From assembly GCA_963750165.1 (NCBI GenBank), contig CAVVPN010000011.1, positions 1,120,001 to 1,184,000 on the forward strand: DNA of 64,000 nucleotides, read 5' to 3'. Every line of letters starts with the position of its first letter. Within the stretch, counting starts at the first letter, position 1. The notes under the pieces are model-generated. The model was not told the origin of the DNA. It saw only the letters and a list, made by a program, of their open reading frames with translations, and did not search any database. This DNA comes from an uncultured Gemmataceae bacterium. Its GTDB lineage: Bacteria > Planctomycetota > Planctomycetia > Gemmatales > Gemmataceae. Shown piece after piece: positions 1-9,816 of this stretch. The translations under genes and the position numbers were made by a program.

Positions 1-202
1 GATGGCGTCGATGGCAGCGCGAAAGGGGCCGAGGACGGGGGCCGCAGGGGGCTGGGTGCGCGTGTAGGGCCTGGGCTGGGCCTCGCGGAGGATCTGCCGC
101 ACCTTGCGGCGCGAGTGGTGGAAGGTGCGGGCGATGTCTCGGATACTCATGCCGTCGCGGAAGGCGCAGGCGAATCTTGCCGTAGTCGTCCACCGTCAGC
201 AT
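1..202 (-). CDS. istA: IS21 transposase IstA N-terminus (partial; 1-nt frameshift near 165)
   Basis: ATG at 202: MLTVDDYGKIR, then after the shift AFRDGMSIRDIARTFHHSRRKVRQIL...PRPYTR...PVLGPF (HTH-type IstA N-terminus). Confidence 0.75.
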   Translation of the reverse strand, partial: MLTVDDYGKIRLRLPRRHEYPRHRPHLPPLAPQGAADPPRGPAQALHAHPAPCGPRPRPLSRCHRRH

Positions 203-329
203 CCTTGCCTCCGTTCTCCAAAAGCTCCAGGTTGTGGAGCCTCCAGTAGAACGGCAGCGGCTGGGGTGGGTCCATTTTACTCGCCGATCTCGGGCTTACA
301 GGTGGGTCCATTTTGCGCGCCGATAACCA
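1..329 (-). mobile_element. IS21-family insertion sequence, left end; runs off the window
   Basis: Minus-strand terminus TGGTTATCGGCGCGCAAAATGGACCCACC at 329, with an internal repeat GTGGGTCCATTTT at ~266 and ~302 (IS21-type reiterated ends), upstream of an istA-like start. Confidence 0.75.
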
Positions 330-1043
330 GCGCCTGCGCAACATGCTGGCCACAACAAACCGTCACCTGGTCGCGCAACACCCCCAGATTTTTTGCCCAC
401 CTTTCTTTCCGGTTGCGGGAGGACTCTCCCTCGCTTTCTCCCCAGACCGTCTCTCTTTTTACATCATCCAGAACGGCGCTCTCGTCCTGCGCGGTCCTTC
501 GTTAATGGTGATTCGCTTTATCAACCGCTTGCCGACTTGCTGACCACCGGCCAAGAGCAAGCTGCTGAGACGTTTTATAAGCAACTACTCGCTTCGATTG
601 GGAGCGCGGGAAAACCAATCGGCAAGCCGAAAGAACCCTCCCTTTTCAGCACCACGATGCCTTGGATTAGTGGGTTGTCGCAGATTACCCTGGACCCAGC
701 GACAGTTGGTGGCGTCACCGACAAGGCGAAGGACACCGTTTTTCAGAAGATTGAAGGCATTTGGCTTCTCAACTTCGGCAGGGGCGAGGAAGAGGTTAAG
801 ATCGAACGGAATGGGGAGTATTACGTTACCAGTGAGAAGAAAGGTCCTCGGTTGGCGTTCAAACTGGTTCTCTTGGCGCATAACGACGATTTCTCCGAGA
901 TTGAACTTGGTAAAGACGAGTTGAACGGGCGGCGCCGGCAAATCGAGGTTCTCACACTCTCTCCGGTTCTCAAGCCAACGCAGATGAAGGGCGTCGCCAA
1001 GCATGACCAACACCCTCTGCTCTACGCCAAGAAGGAGAGTTGA
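330..1043 (+). pseudogene. 3' remnant of a hypothetical gene truncated by IS21 (additional frameshift near 490)
   Basis: Overlapping ORFs 313..543 and 393..1043 begin at the IS end with no convincing start; lower GC; stop at 1043. Confidence 0.5.
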
Positions 1044-1107
1044 GTAGGTGCGTAAGGGAAGGAAAGAAGGCCAGGAGAGAAAAAGAGTCGGGATGCATCG
1101 TGAAAAA

Positions 1108-1161
1108 GCAGCAAAAGGGGACATTCATTATTTGAAATGATGAATGTCCCTTTTTTGCTGC
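1108..1161. repeat. Palindromic REP-like/terminator hairpin between convergent genes
   Basis: GCAGCAAAAGGGGACATTCAT...ATGAATGTCCCTTTTTTGCTGC imperfect inverted repeat. Confidence 0.6.
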
Positions 1162-3041
1162 CAAAAAATGCGGCTGGGTCTTATCGCCGACATCCCATAC
1201 GTCCTCCGTTGATTGTCACCAGTCTTTTTCTCTCACCCTGTTCATTTCCGCGTCAACGGCAATTTTCGATTACCAATCCAGGCCGTATTTGCCCAGTTCC
1301 TTTCGGATCCAGGGGAGGTTCCAGACACGCAGGGTTCCATCGCGGCCCCCGGAAACGAGATGGTGGCCGTCCGGGCTAAACTTCAAGGCGGTGACCGCCA
1401 CCTCATGGGCCTGCCAGCGAATCAGTTCCTTGCCGGTTCGCGCGTCGCGGATGTGAATCAACCCGTCTTCGCCACCGGTGACCACCCATTGGCCCTCGGC
1501 CGAGAGGGTGAAGGAAAGCCACTCGCTTCGCGTGGCGGACAGGTGATGAACTTCGCTGCCATCGATTGCAAAAACGAAAGCCTTACCAATATCGTATGGG
1601 TGCTGATTCTTCCAGACAGCCTCGCCGTTACCAATCGTGATCGCGTCAAAGTATCCGGTGGCAACAACGAACCTTGCGTCCCTGCTCCATGCCGCCTGCC
1701 AGCACAACGTTTTCTCGGTTGAGAATGTTTTTTGGGGCGAGCCTTTTTTGCTGTCCCACAACTTCAATTCCCCTGGTGCAAAAGTGACAAATCGCCGGCC
1801 ATCTTCTTGAAAGACCACTGGCATGGTGGGGATGGAAGGATGGTTCTCCCAGCGAAGCCGGGCGAAGGTTGGCTCATGTTCAAACACTAACCTACCGGTT
1901 TCGGTGTCAATGCAGACCGTTAGAGCTGGGTGAGCTGGGCCACCGATACCCCAGTAGTCATCAGTTCTACCCGTCGGATCATGTTCGTATAAGAACATAT
2001 CACCTCGCCCGATATTAGCGAAGAGGAGTTTGCCATCCGGTTGCCAAATGAGCTTGTCGGAATATACGAAAGGGACCTTCAACAATGCCCCTTCGTGTGG
2101 ACTGAATTTCCATGCTAACTTTTGTGTGTTGGCAGGATCTGGATGCGAAAAAGAAACACGCTTCGCTGGACCGGAAGGAACAAGACGGAAGACTTCTGGA
2201 GGTTCCCAGTCGATAATACCCATTTCTCCCACCAGGCTCACGAGCGAAGACAACGAACCTATCCCCTGCGTACTTGCGCTCGCAGAGGCGAGCGGGCCGA
2301 CCGCCGTCCGGTTGAAAACTGATTGGCGCAGTTTCTTTGGAATGCTGTTAAATTCAGAAACCGCAGCCCATACCTGATTACCTCGGAAACCGAGCTTCCC
2401 TTTGGGAATTTCAAATCCCGGAGGGGAAATCGGGTTCCCTCCGGGAATTTCAATTCCCGTTCGGCGCAAGGTCTGGCGGTCGCTGCCGGTTTTCACGTCC
2501 CAGAGAGTCCTGTTGACAATCAACTGGCGACCATCAGCCCGGAATGTTAATTGTTCAATCGGTTCTTGGAGCAAATAGGTCGGCACCGGCGCCGCCACTT
2601 CCCAGGCCTGGGCAAATAGTAATTCCACACTTTTCATCTTGTAATGAAAGGAAGCAGCAACGTCTTGCCGTTCCCCCTGCTCCTCCTTCTGCTCATCCTT
2701 CATTCCAGTTAAGCTCAAACCGCACGTCAGGAGAAAATGGCCATCATTGCGCCAGAGAATCGGAGTTACCCCGGGAATCACCTTCACTGACCGCCGCGAG
2801 GCGACCTCATCAATCTGAAGTATCGGTTCGCCGGCCCGCAAGTGGGTCGTCGCCAGGAGAATATTATCAGGTGAGAAATGCGCGCCATAGCAGAAATTGC
2901 TCGGAGGGATGGCGACTTCCCCTCGGCCAAGTAGGCGACCGTGAAAACGCTGACGCTGATCATCCCAAAGGCCAACCATGTCCTGCTGTGTGGGATCGCG
3001 AAAGGCGAACCAAGTATAGTCTGCCGACCAATGAGTACTAA

Positions 3042-3926
3042 GTGACTGTCCCATAAGGGGGGAGGAATGCGTATAATGTACCATGAGAACGCAATCCTAT
3101 CCCAGCGACGTGACCGATGCCCAGTGGACCTTGATCGAGCCGCACCTCCCCGTCTATCCCGGCGGGCGGCCCCGCACCACCAACCTGCGCAACGTCGTCG
3201 ATGCCATCTTCTACCTGCTGCGCACCGGCTGCCAGTGGCGCTACCTGCCCAAGGACTTCCCGCCCAAAAGCACCGTCTGGCGCTACTTCGACGAGTGGCG
3301 GCACAATGGCACCCTCGACGTTCTCCACGACCTGCTCCGCAAAAAAGTCCGCACGCAGCAGAAGCCCTACCAGCCTCGGACCACGGCCAGCGTGGACAGC
3401 CAGTCGGTGGACACCACCTCCGGCGGCGAGCAGCGCGGCCGGGACAACGCCAAGAACGTCGATGGCCGTAAACGCCATATCGTGGTGGATAGCATGGGCT
3501 TGCTGCTGGCCGTGCTGGTGACCGCCGCCAGCGCCGATGACGGCGCGGTGGCGGCCCAGTTGTTCGCCCGGCTGCAGGGCCAGCCGGTGGGCAAGGTGCG
3601 GCGAATGTTCGCGGACAGCAAGTACCACAACTACGCCCTCTACGAGTGGGTCCAGGAGAACGCCCCCTGGGAGCTGGTGATCGTGCGGCGGCCGGCGGGG
3701 AAGCGCGGTTGGGAGAAACTGCCGCTGCGCTGGACGGTGGAGCGGACCTTCGCCTGGCTGGGGAAGTGCCGGCGGCTCTCCAAGGACCGGGAGAAGAGCG
3801 CGCTCTCGTCGGAGGCGTTCGTCAAGTTGGCCATGATCCACCTCATGCTCAACAGGCTCCAGCCCAAGGACACGAAGGCCAAGTTCTACTATCGCCCAGC
3901 TGCTTGACCCCTTATGGGACAGTCAC
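3042..3926 (+). mobile_element. IS5-family element (885 bp), 19-bp perfect TIRs, 3-bp TAA target duplication
   Basis: GTGACTGTCCCATAAGGGG (3042-3060) / CCCCTTATGGGACAGTCAC (3908-3926); TAA at 3039-3041 and 3927-3929. Confidence 0.95.
3083..3907 (+). CDS. IS5-family DDE transposase (IS1031-like)
   Basis: YPSDVTDAQW, LRTGCQWRYLPKDFP, DSQSV, GRKRHIVVD, RWTVERTFAWL motifs; intact 274 aa. Confidence 0.95.
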   Translation: MRTQSYPSDVTDAQWTLIEPHLPVYPGGRPRTTNLRNVVDAIFYLLRTGCQWRYLPKDFPPKSTVWRYFDEWRHNGTLDVLHDLLRKKVRTQQKPYQPRTTASVDSQSVDTTSGGEQRGRDNAKNVDGRKRHIVVDSMGLLLAVLVTAASADDGAVAAQLFARLQGQPVGKVRRMFADSKYHNYALYEWVQENAPWELVIVRRPAGKRGWEKLPLRWTVERTFAWLGKCRRLSKDREKSALSSEAFVKLAMIHLMLNRLQPKDTKAKFYYRPAA

Positions 3927-5605
3927 TAAGATCCTTCTGCCATTCTGGGGGGAATAAGACGGGTATTCTTGCGGACTCTCCACTGACACCGATTTTATAT
4001 TTTTCCATGGGAAAGTCGAAATCAGATAATCGCTTCCGCAGAGTCTCGGGTATTGACTTCATCCCATTCATTCTCGGGACTCGAGCAGAAACTTCTTTCG
4101 CCAAGCGCATTCCCGATGAAGTAATGGTTTGAAATGCCTCTCGCCGAAGTTCATCCGTCACCTTGATTTTGGCAGCCTCCTCAATTCGTTCCAGCGATTC
4201 CCAGCGGTTGCCGGCCTGTCGCTCCGCGCGGGCTTGCGCCAGAAGCCCTGTCCATAACCGCTCCCGGTCTGCGCGGGCATTCATTTCGGCGTTCCTGGCC
4301 ATAATCAACGCTAGCACGGTCGAGGTTAGCAACGCCACAGCCGCCAAGGTGATCGTCGTCGCCAGCACCGGGTTGCGCCGGCACCAACGCCAGCCACGTC
4401 CCAACCGCCCCACCGGCCGCGCCAGCACCGGCTCGCCGCGCACGAAGCGGTCCAGGTCGTCGGCCAGCTCCTGAGCGCTGGCGTAGCGGCGGTCCGGCTC
4501 CTTGCGCAAGCATTTCAGGCAAACCGTCTCCAGGTCGCGCGGCACTTTCGGGTTCAGCCGCGCCGGGGGCGTAGGATCCATCGTCCGCACTTGTTCCAGC
4601 GTATCCAGCGGCGTGGCGCCCTTGAACGGCGGCTTGCCGGTCAGGCACTCGTAAAGAATCGCCCCCAGCGCGTACACGTCCGCCAACGGGCCCGCCAGAT
4701 AGGCCTGACCGGACGCCTGCTCGGGGGCGGTGTAACTGGGCGTGCCCATGACCGCCCCCGCCCGGGTCTCGCCGCTGTCCACGTCCAGCTGCTTGGCCAT
4801 GCCGAAGTCCGCGACCTTGGGCGTGCCGTCGCCGGCCAGCAGGATGTTGGCGGGCTTGAGGTCGCGATGGATGACGTTGCGGCTGTGCGCCATGTTCATC
4901 GCCCGCGCCAGGGTTTCGACCAGCCGCGCCGCTTCCCGGGGCGGTGGCGATTCACCCTTGAGTCGCCTGGCCAGGCTGCCGCCCTCGACAAATTCCAGGG
5001 CGAAGAACGGCGAACCGCCGGCGGTGCCGACCTCGTAGACCTGGACGATGTTGGGGTGCTGCAACCGGGCGACTGCCTCGGCCTCGGCCTGGAAGCGGGC
5101 CAGTTCTAGTGGACCGGCGTCGACGGGGTGCCGGATCATCTTGAGCGCGACGGTGCGCTTCAGCGCCAGGTGGCGTGCCTTGTAGACGACGCCCATACCG
5201 CCGCGGCCGAGTATCCCTTCGATCTCGTAACCGGGGACAGTTGGGAAAGGGTGAGTGGCGGTCGGCTGGAATGGGGCGGGGGCGACTGGAACATCCGGTG
5301 TCGAAGGCGGTTGGAGGTGATCGACCGTCGCGGCACCTGGAGTGGCTTGTTGATCCGGGCAGTGAAGTTGGTCAGCCGGATCATAAGGACCCGTCTCGGC
5401 GTCTTGCGGCGCGGCGTTGCACACAGGGCAGGGGGCAGCCGGGTCGGCGGCGTCCCAGTGATGGCCGTTGGAGCAAGTAAGGCGAACGGGCATTGGCGAA
5501 TCCTCCAACAGAGACTAACAACTACCTGATTATTCATGAAAGGAGGCCGCTGTCAAGAAAGTCCCCCTTGTATGTTCGCCGACCGGGTGTTGAGGGGGCG
5601 AACTC

Positions 5606-5685
5606 AAAGGCGACCGTCTTGAATTGCCGGGGTTTTCGCTATCCTTCGATCAAAGCAACCCCGGCAATTCAAGACAGTCGCTTTT
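5606..5685. repeat. 29-bp-arm inverted repeat; one arm recurs near tRNA-Val (24828-24855)
   Basis: AAAGGCGACCGTCTTGAATTGCCGGGGTT / AACCCCGGCAATTCAAGACAGTCGCTTTT. Confidence 0.8.
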
Positions 5686-5752
5686 CCCCGGCCGCCAGCA
5701 TACAACCGCTTCGGCACGCTCTGCCGGGCCTCGGGTTGGAAGCGGTTCATAT

Positions 5753-6001
5753 TCAACCAGCCGTTGGCCGCACTTCCCCCGGCGGCACCACCTCCAGGTT
5801 CTCCCGCCGGTTGTCCAGCTTGTTGCCGTTGCGGTGGCGCACCCGCCAGCCCGGCGGCGCCCCGGCGACCAGGCGGTGCAGCGCCAGCGTCGGCACCACG
5901 GCGTAGCCGCGCCGCACCCGCCACAGGAAGCGGGCTGCCAACTCAAAGTCCTCGTCGCTGACCAGGCACACCTGGCCCTTGCCCAAGTGCAACTCCTTCA
6001 T
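5753..6001 (-). CDS. Small phage-type HNH endonuclease (HNH_3-like)
   Basis: MKELHLGKGQVCLVSDEDF...LHRLV...VRHRNGNKLDNRRENL; ATG at 6001 preceded by GGGAG. Confidence 0.75.
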   Translation of the reverse strand: MKELHLGKGQVCLVSDEDFELAARFLWRVRRGYAVVPTLALHRLVAGAPPGWRVRHRNGNKLDNRRENLEVVPPGEVRPTAG

Positions 6002-6075
6002 CGGCTGCTCCCTTTTGGCTGCCAGAGCGGTTCGCGTCCGCCATTCGTCCTGAGCCCGTTCGGCACCCGGCGGCC

Positions 6076-6771
6076 CTACCCCTCGATCCAGCCCCGGTGC
6101 CTGGCGATGCGCCTGGCCCACGCCAGGAACTGGCGCACGCTGTCGTTCATCTTCTTGCGGTTGCAGCTTTTGCAGCAGGAAACGACGTTGCCCTCGACGT
6201 AGCCTTTTTTGCTGTCGAGCCGGTCGATGCCGTTGAAGCGGATCGGGCCGTTACAGCAGCGCCGGGTGAACAGCGTCGCCGGCGGCACGCCGCAGAAGTG
6301 GCAGCGGCCCCGGATCAGCTCGAAAAAGCGCTCGCGGGTCAGGGCGAACTCCCGGCCCTTGCGGGCGGCGTCGGCGACATAGCGGCAGTAAATCTGGTTG
6401 CGGGCATGCTCGCCACGTTTCTTGCGCAGGCCCGGTTTGACCGAGCCGCGCTTGCGGCAGCCGCAGCCGCGGCACACCCCCGCACGCAGGCCCCAGCCCC
6501 ACACCAGGCGCTCGGTGCCGCAAGCGCAGCGGCAGGGGAAGTAGGTGGCCACGGCGCGGCCGTTGCGCTCGCGCATCACCCCCGCGCCGATGACCGTCCA
6601 GCGGTCGAAGGTGGTGCCGACGGGAATCTGGATGCGCCGCTGGGGCTTGGGGATGCGGTTGACGGGCCGGTCGCAGCCGCAGCTTTTTGAGGCACCGGTG
6701 CGCAGGCTGATGGTCAGCACCTCGCGCACCATGCCGCAGTCGCAGCGGAAGCAGGACCAAGCGTTGGCCAC
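6076..6771 (-). CDS. Phage-type Cys-rich HNH-like endonuclease
   Basis: Repeated CxCxCG/SCGC modules; C-terminal CHFCG...NGIDRLDSKKGYVEGNVVSCCKSCNRKK; start uncertain. Confidence 0.7.
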   Translation of the reverse strand: MANAWSCFRCDCGMVREVLTISLRTGASKSCGCDRPVNRIPKPQRRIQIPVGTTFDRWTVIGAGVMRERNGRAVATYFPCRCACGTERLVWGWGLRAGVCRGCGCRKRGSVKPGLRKKRGEHARNQIYCRYVADAARKGREFALTRERFFELIRGRCHFCGVPPATLFTRRCCNGPIRFNGIDRLDSKKGYVEGNVVSCCKSCNRKKMNDSVRQFLAWARRIARHRGWIEG

Positions 6772-6795
6772 TTTTCTGCGATTCTTCTGCTATTG

Positions 6796-6825
6796 TTGGC
6801 AATGTGCTCCTAACGTTGGTATAAT
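6796..6825 (+). promoter_or_regulatory. Sigma70-like promoter facing the tRNA-Leu fragment
   Basis: TTGGCA-18 bp-TATAAT with extended -10 TG at 6817-6818. Confidence 0.45.
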
Positions 6826-6906
6826 GCGAGCGAGGACGATAAATGCCTAAACATGTTGATATTACTGTCTTTACTACACGTCCGCCACGCCACCGCAACG
6901 CGACAG

Positions 6907-6977
6907 ATCGGCAGACGCGCCAGGTTCAGGACCTGGTTCCCGTTAAGGGAGTGGAGGTTCGAGTCCTCTCTTCGGCA
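6907..6977 (+). pseudogene. 5'-truncated tRNA-Leu(CAG), probable att-site remnant
   Basis: D-loop GGCAGAC, anticodon arm CCAGG-TTCAGGA-CCTGG, long variable arm, T-arm GGTTCGAGTCC and acceptor 3' strand CTTCGGCA are present, but there is no upstream GCCGAAG partner. Confidence 0.8.
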
Positions 6978-7392
6978 CTGCAACCAGGGCAAGGACTTAC
7001 GGCGAAACCGGGGTCCTTGCCCTTCTGCTTTGCAGAAAAGTTTTCTGCAATTCTTCTGCACCCACTGCACTGATATTGGTCTGGCGTTGCTCTATCCTCA
7101 AGGAGCCGCCGATGGCGTCCCTGCAGAAAAAACAGCGTTGCCGGAAGGCAAAGGCCGCCTGGAGCAACCCGTGTGGTTCGGCCGTGAGTCGCCGTTCGGC
7201 AATCTGTGCCTGGGCCAGCCAGGCGGCGCAAGTGCTGTTCGTGGCAAGCATGTGACTGGCCGCTGGGCCACGCACCCAGGGGGACGGCAACGGCAGTCGG
7301 GGATCGATGCCGGCGCTGGTCAAGTCCGCCGCGATGGTGTATCCTCCACACATCCCCAGTTCCGCTCGCCTGGTCCGAGAGGGTTGACCGCC

Positions 7393-8490
7393 ATGCTGGT
7401 CGTCATGGACAAGCACGCCACGCCGGAGCAGATCGAGCAAGTGCTCGCCGCCGTCCGCCGCATGAACCTGACGCCGCACCCGCTGCCCGGCGCCACGCGC
7501 ACCGCCATCGGCATCACTGGCAACATCAGCGCCGTCGATCCGCGCACGCTGGAGGTGCTGCCCGGCGTGTCCGAGTTGATCCGCGTCACCAAGCCGTACA
7601 AGCTCGCCAGCCGCGAGATGCACGAGGCCGACACGTTCGTGCGCATCCCCCTCACCCCCAACCCCTCTCCCCCTGAAGGGGGTGAGGGGAGCAAGAACAC
7701 CCCCTCTCCCCCAGGAGAGGCGAGGGGAGACGGGGTGGTCATTGGCCCCGGCACGTGTACGCTGATCGCCGGGCCGTGCTCGGTGGAAAACGAGGACATG
7801 ATCCTGCGCACGGCCGATTTTCTGATGCAGCGCGGCGTGCGGCTGCTGCGGGCCGGGGCGTACAAGCCGCGCAGCAGTCCGTACTCGTTCCAGGGCATGG
7901 GCCTGGAGGGGCTGGACATTCTCACGCGCGCCCGGAGCAAGACGGGCATCGGCATCGTCACGGAGTTGCTGGACACCGACAACGCCGACGCCGTGGAGCA
8001 GGCGGCGGACGTCATCCAGATCGGCACCCGCAACATGCAGAACTTCGCGCTGCTGAAGCGCGTGGGGCTGGCGCGGAAGCCGGTGCTGCTGAAGCGCGGC
8101 CTGTCGGCGACGCTGGAAGAGTGGCTGATGGCGGCGGAATATGTGATGGCCGGCGGCAATTACAACGTGATCCTGTGCGAGCGCGGCGTGCGCACCTTCT
8201 CCGACCACAGCCGCAACACGCTGGATTTGTCGGTGATCCCGCCGGTCAAGAAGTTGTCGCACCTGCCGATCCTGGTGGACCCGAGCCACGGCACCGGCAA
8301 GCGCGATTACGTGCCGCCGATGGCGCTGGCGGCGCTGGCGGCCGGCGCGGACGGACTGCTGATCGAGGTCCACCCGGACCCGGATCGGGCGATGTCAGAT
8401 GGGGCGCAGTCGCTATCGTTCGCGGGGTTCGAGAAGTTGCTGGAGTCGTTGAAGAAGCTGGCAGGGCCGCTGGAGCGTGAACTGAATTGA
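7393..8490 (+). CDS. aroF: DAHP synthase, type I-beta, with N-terminal regulatory domain
   Basis: IAGPCSVE, GAYKPRSSPYSFQG, QIGTRNMQNF, LLKRG, DPSHGTG, EVHPDP...SDG. Confidence 0.92.
   Translation: MLVVMDKHATPEQIEQVLAAVRRMNLTPHPLPGATRTAIGITGNISAVDPRTLEVLPGVSELIRVTKPYKLASREMHEADTFVRIPLTPNPSPPEGGEGSKNTPSPPGEARGDGVVIGPGTCTLIAGPCSVENEDMILRTADFLMQRGVRLLRAGAYKPRSSPYSFQGMGLEGLDILTRARSKTGIGIVTELLDTDNADAVEQAADVIQIGTRNMQNFALLKRVGLARKPVLLKRGLSATLEEWLMAAEYVMAGGNYNVILCERGVRTFSDHSRNTLDLSVIPPVKKLSHLPILVDPSHGTGKRDYVPPMALAALAAGADGLLIEVHPDPDRAMSDGAQSLSFAGFEKLLESLKKLAGPLERELN
7647..7734 (+). repeat. Palindromic repeat element inserted in frame in aroF
   Basis: CCCCTCACCCCCAACCCCTCTCCCCC...GGGGGTGAGGGG, then a second CCCCTCTCCCCC...GAGGGG; encodes PLTPNPSPPEGGEGSKNTPSPPGEARGDG. 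Confidence 0.75.
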
Positions 8491-8504
8491 ATGGATTCGA
8501 CTTC

Positions 8505-9338
8505 ATGACCACGTTTTTACTCTGGAATGTTCAGAACAAGCAGTTGGACGGGCTGATCGTCCGCCTGGTCCAGCAGCACAAGGTCGATGTCGTGCTACTG
8601 ATCGAACATCCCAAACCGGACAGTACGCTGGTCAGTCTCCTGAACACCATCGGCCCGTACCAGCGCGTTGCTAGCCACGATCGCTTCGGGGTTTACGTCA
8701 GGTTCGACGGCGCGCTCATGGTAAGACGAACGCCACCTGTATCCGATGGTCGTGTGGATTACTGGGACATTCAGCTGAGTAAACGAAACCCGCTACTCCT
8801 GCTGCTCGTTCACGGACTCGATATTGTTAACTACAGTGAGCGGATGAGGGCGTTTTTCTACGAGCGATTGGCCGATGACGTAGCACGGATGGAATCCAAT
8901 CTGGGACACAAGCAGACGGTAATCACGGGTGACTTCAACGCGAACCCGTTTGATCCCATGATCGGCGGTATCAAAGGCCTCCATGCTATTCGGGTGAAAA
9001 ACGTGGGCGGAAAACACACGCGCTCCGTCCTGCATCGGGATTACGAGTTTTTCTGCAATCCCACGTGGTCCTGCTTCGGAGGGTGGGAAAAGGGTCCGCT
9101 GGCGACTCATTATTTTAACGGCTCTGATGTCCATGAGTTGTTCTGGCACATGTTGGATCAAGTTGTGCTCCGGCCGCAAGCACTGCACATGTTTTCAGAG
9201 CGAAATCTTCGTATCTTGACGGAAGCCGGCCCGGATAGCCTGCTGACCAATCACGGGCTTCCGGACGCGAAGAACGCCTCAGACCATCTGCCGGTTCTCT
9301 TCAAACTCAATTTGAAAGCGAAGGCGAGTTATGATTAA
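8505..9338 (+). CDS. Endonuclease/exonuclease/phosphatase (EEP, DNase I-like) family protein
   Basis: WNV, LIE, GDFNANPF, LDQV, SDHLPV catalytic motifs; lower GC than flanks. Confidence 0.85.
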   Translation: MTTFLLWNVQNKQLDGLIVRLVQQHKVDVVLLIEHPKPDSTLVSLLNTIGPYQRVASHDRFGVYVRFDGALMVRRTPPVSDGRVDYWDIQLSKRNPLLLLLVHGLDIVNYSERMRAFFYERLADDVARMESNLGHKQTVITGDFNANPFDPMIGGIKGLHAIRVKNVGGKHTRSVLHRDYEFFCNPTWSCFGGWEKGPLATHYFNGSDVHELFWHMLDQVVLRPQALHMFSERNLRILTEAGPDSLLTNHGLPDAKNASDHLPVLFKLNLKAKASYD

Positions 9339-9705
9339 CCAGTGGCCGGACTTCGGGACCATGGTGAAGCCCAAGACCATCCGCAGCACCCTTTTGGAGG
9401 AGGGCAGTGGTATTTCCGAAAGGACCAAGGGGGAGATTCGTTTCGATGTCGAAACGAGTCCATTTGGCCAAGGAGGGTTTGAGCACCGCTGCTCTCTGGT
9501 GGTCCCAAAAATTGCCTACCGCTACCCCTTGCTCCGCGTCGTCCAGGAGGGCATTGACGACTACCCGGTCAATGTGGTCGCTGACCTGTGGCCACAAGGT
9601 GCGAACGCCGGCGACGAACAAGCCCTCCGGGAGAAACTGGGAATGGTCTTCCGATCAGACCTCACGAAAAAAATTGTGCTTCAACTTCTGGAACTGCTGT
9701 CGTGA
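9331..9705 (+). CDS. Hypothetical protein, translationally coupled to the EEP nuclease
   Basis: 124-aa ORF overlapping the EEP stop by 8 nt, same composition. Confidence 0.7.
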   Translation: MINQWPDFGTMVKPKTIRSTLLEEGSGISERTKGEIRFDVETSPFGQGGFEHRCSLVVPKIAYRYPLLRVVQEGIDDYPVNVVADLWPQGANAGDEQALREKLGMVFRSDLTKKIVLQLLELLS

Positions 9706-9816
9706 ACGAGCAGGTAAAGGTGCGACGGAGCACTGGCTCGCCGTCTCCATCGCAATTTTTTACACCGGCGCGCGGCTTCGCCGCGCCGCCGCATCCAGAG
9801 GTTGGGGAGCGCACAC

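Larger units (their letters stand above)
1270..5493 (-). pseudogene. Ser/Thr protein kinase with C-terminal WD40 repeats, interrupted by IS5
   Basis: Kinase motifs GRGGMG, VALK, HRDLKPAN, DFG; WD40 motifs (LVSGGRDGTLRVWN). Removing the IS and one TAA restores the frame ...PEWQKDL|STHWSADY (~1111 aa). Confidence 0.9.

Noticed and set aside
6890..6977. Intact tRNA-Leu(CAG)
   Set aside because: The upstream sequence (CACCGCAACGCGACAG) cannot form a 7-bp acceptor stem with CTTCGGC.
6853..7392. N-terminal extension of aroF
   Set aside because: It runs through the tRNA fragment and intergenic DNA; recognisable homology starts at MLVVM (7393).
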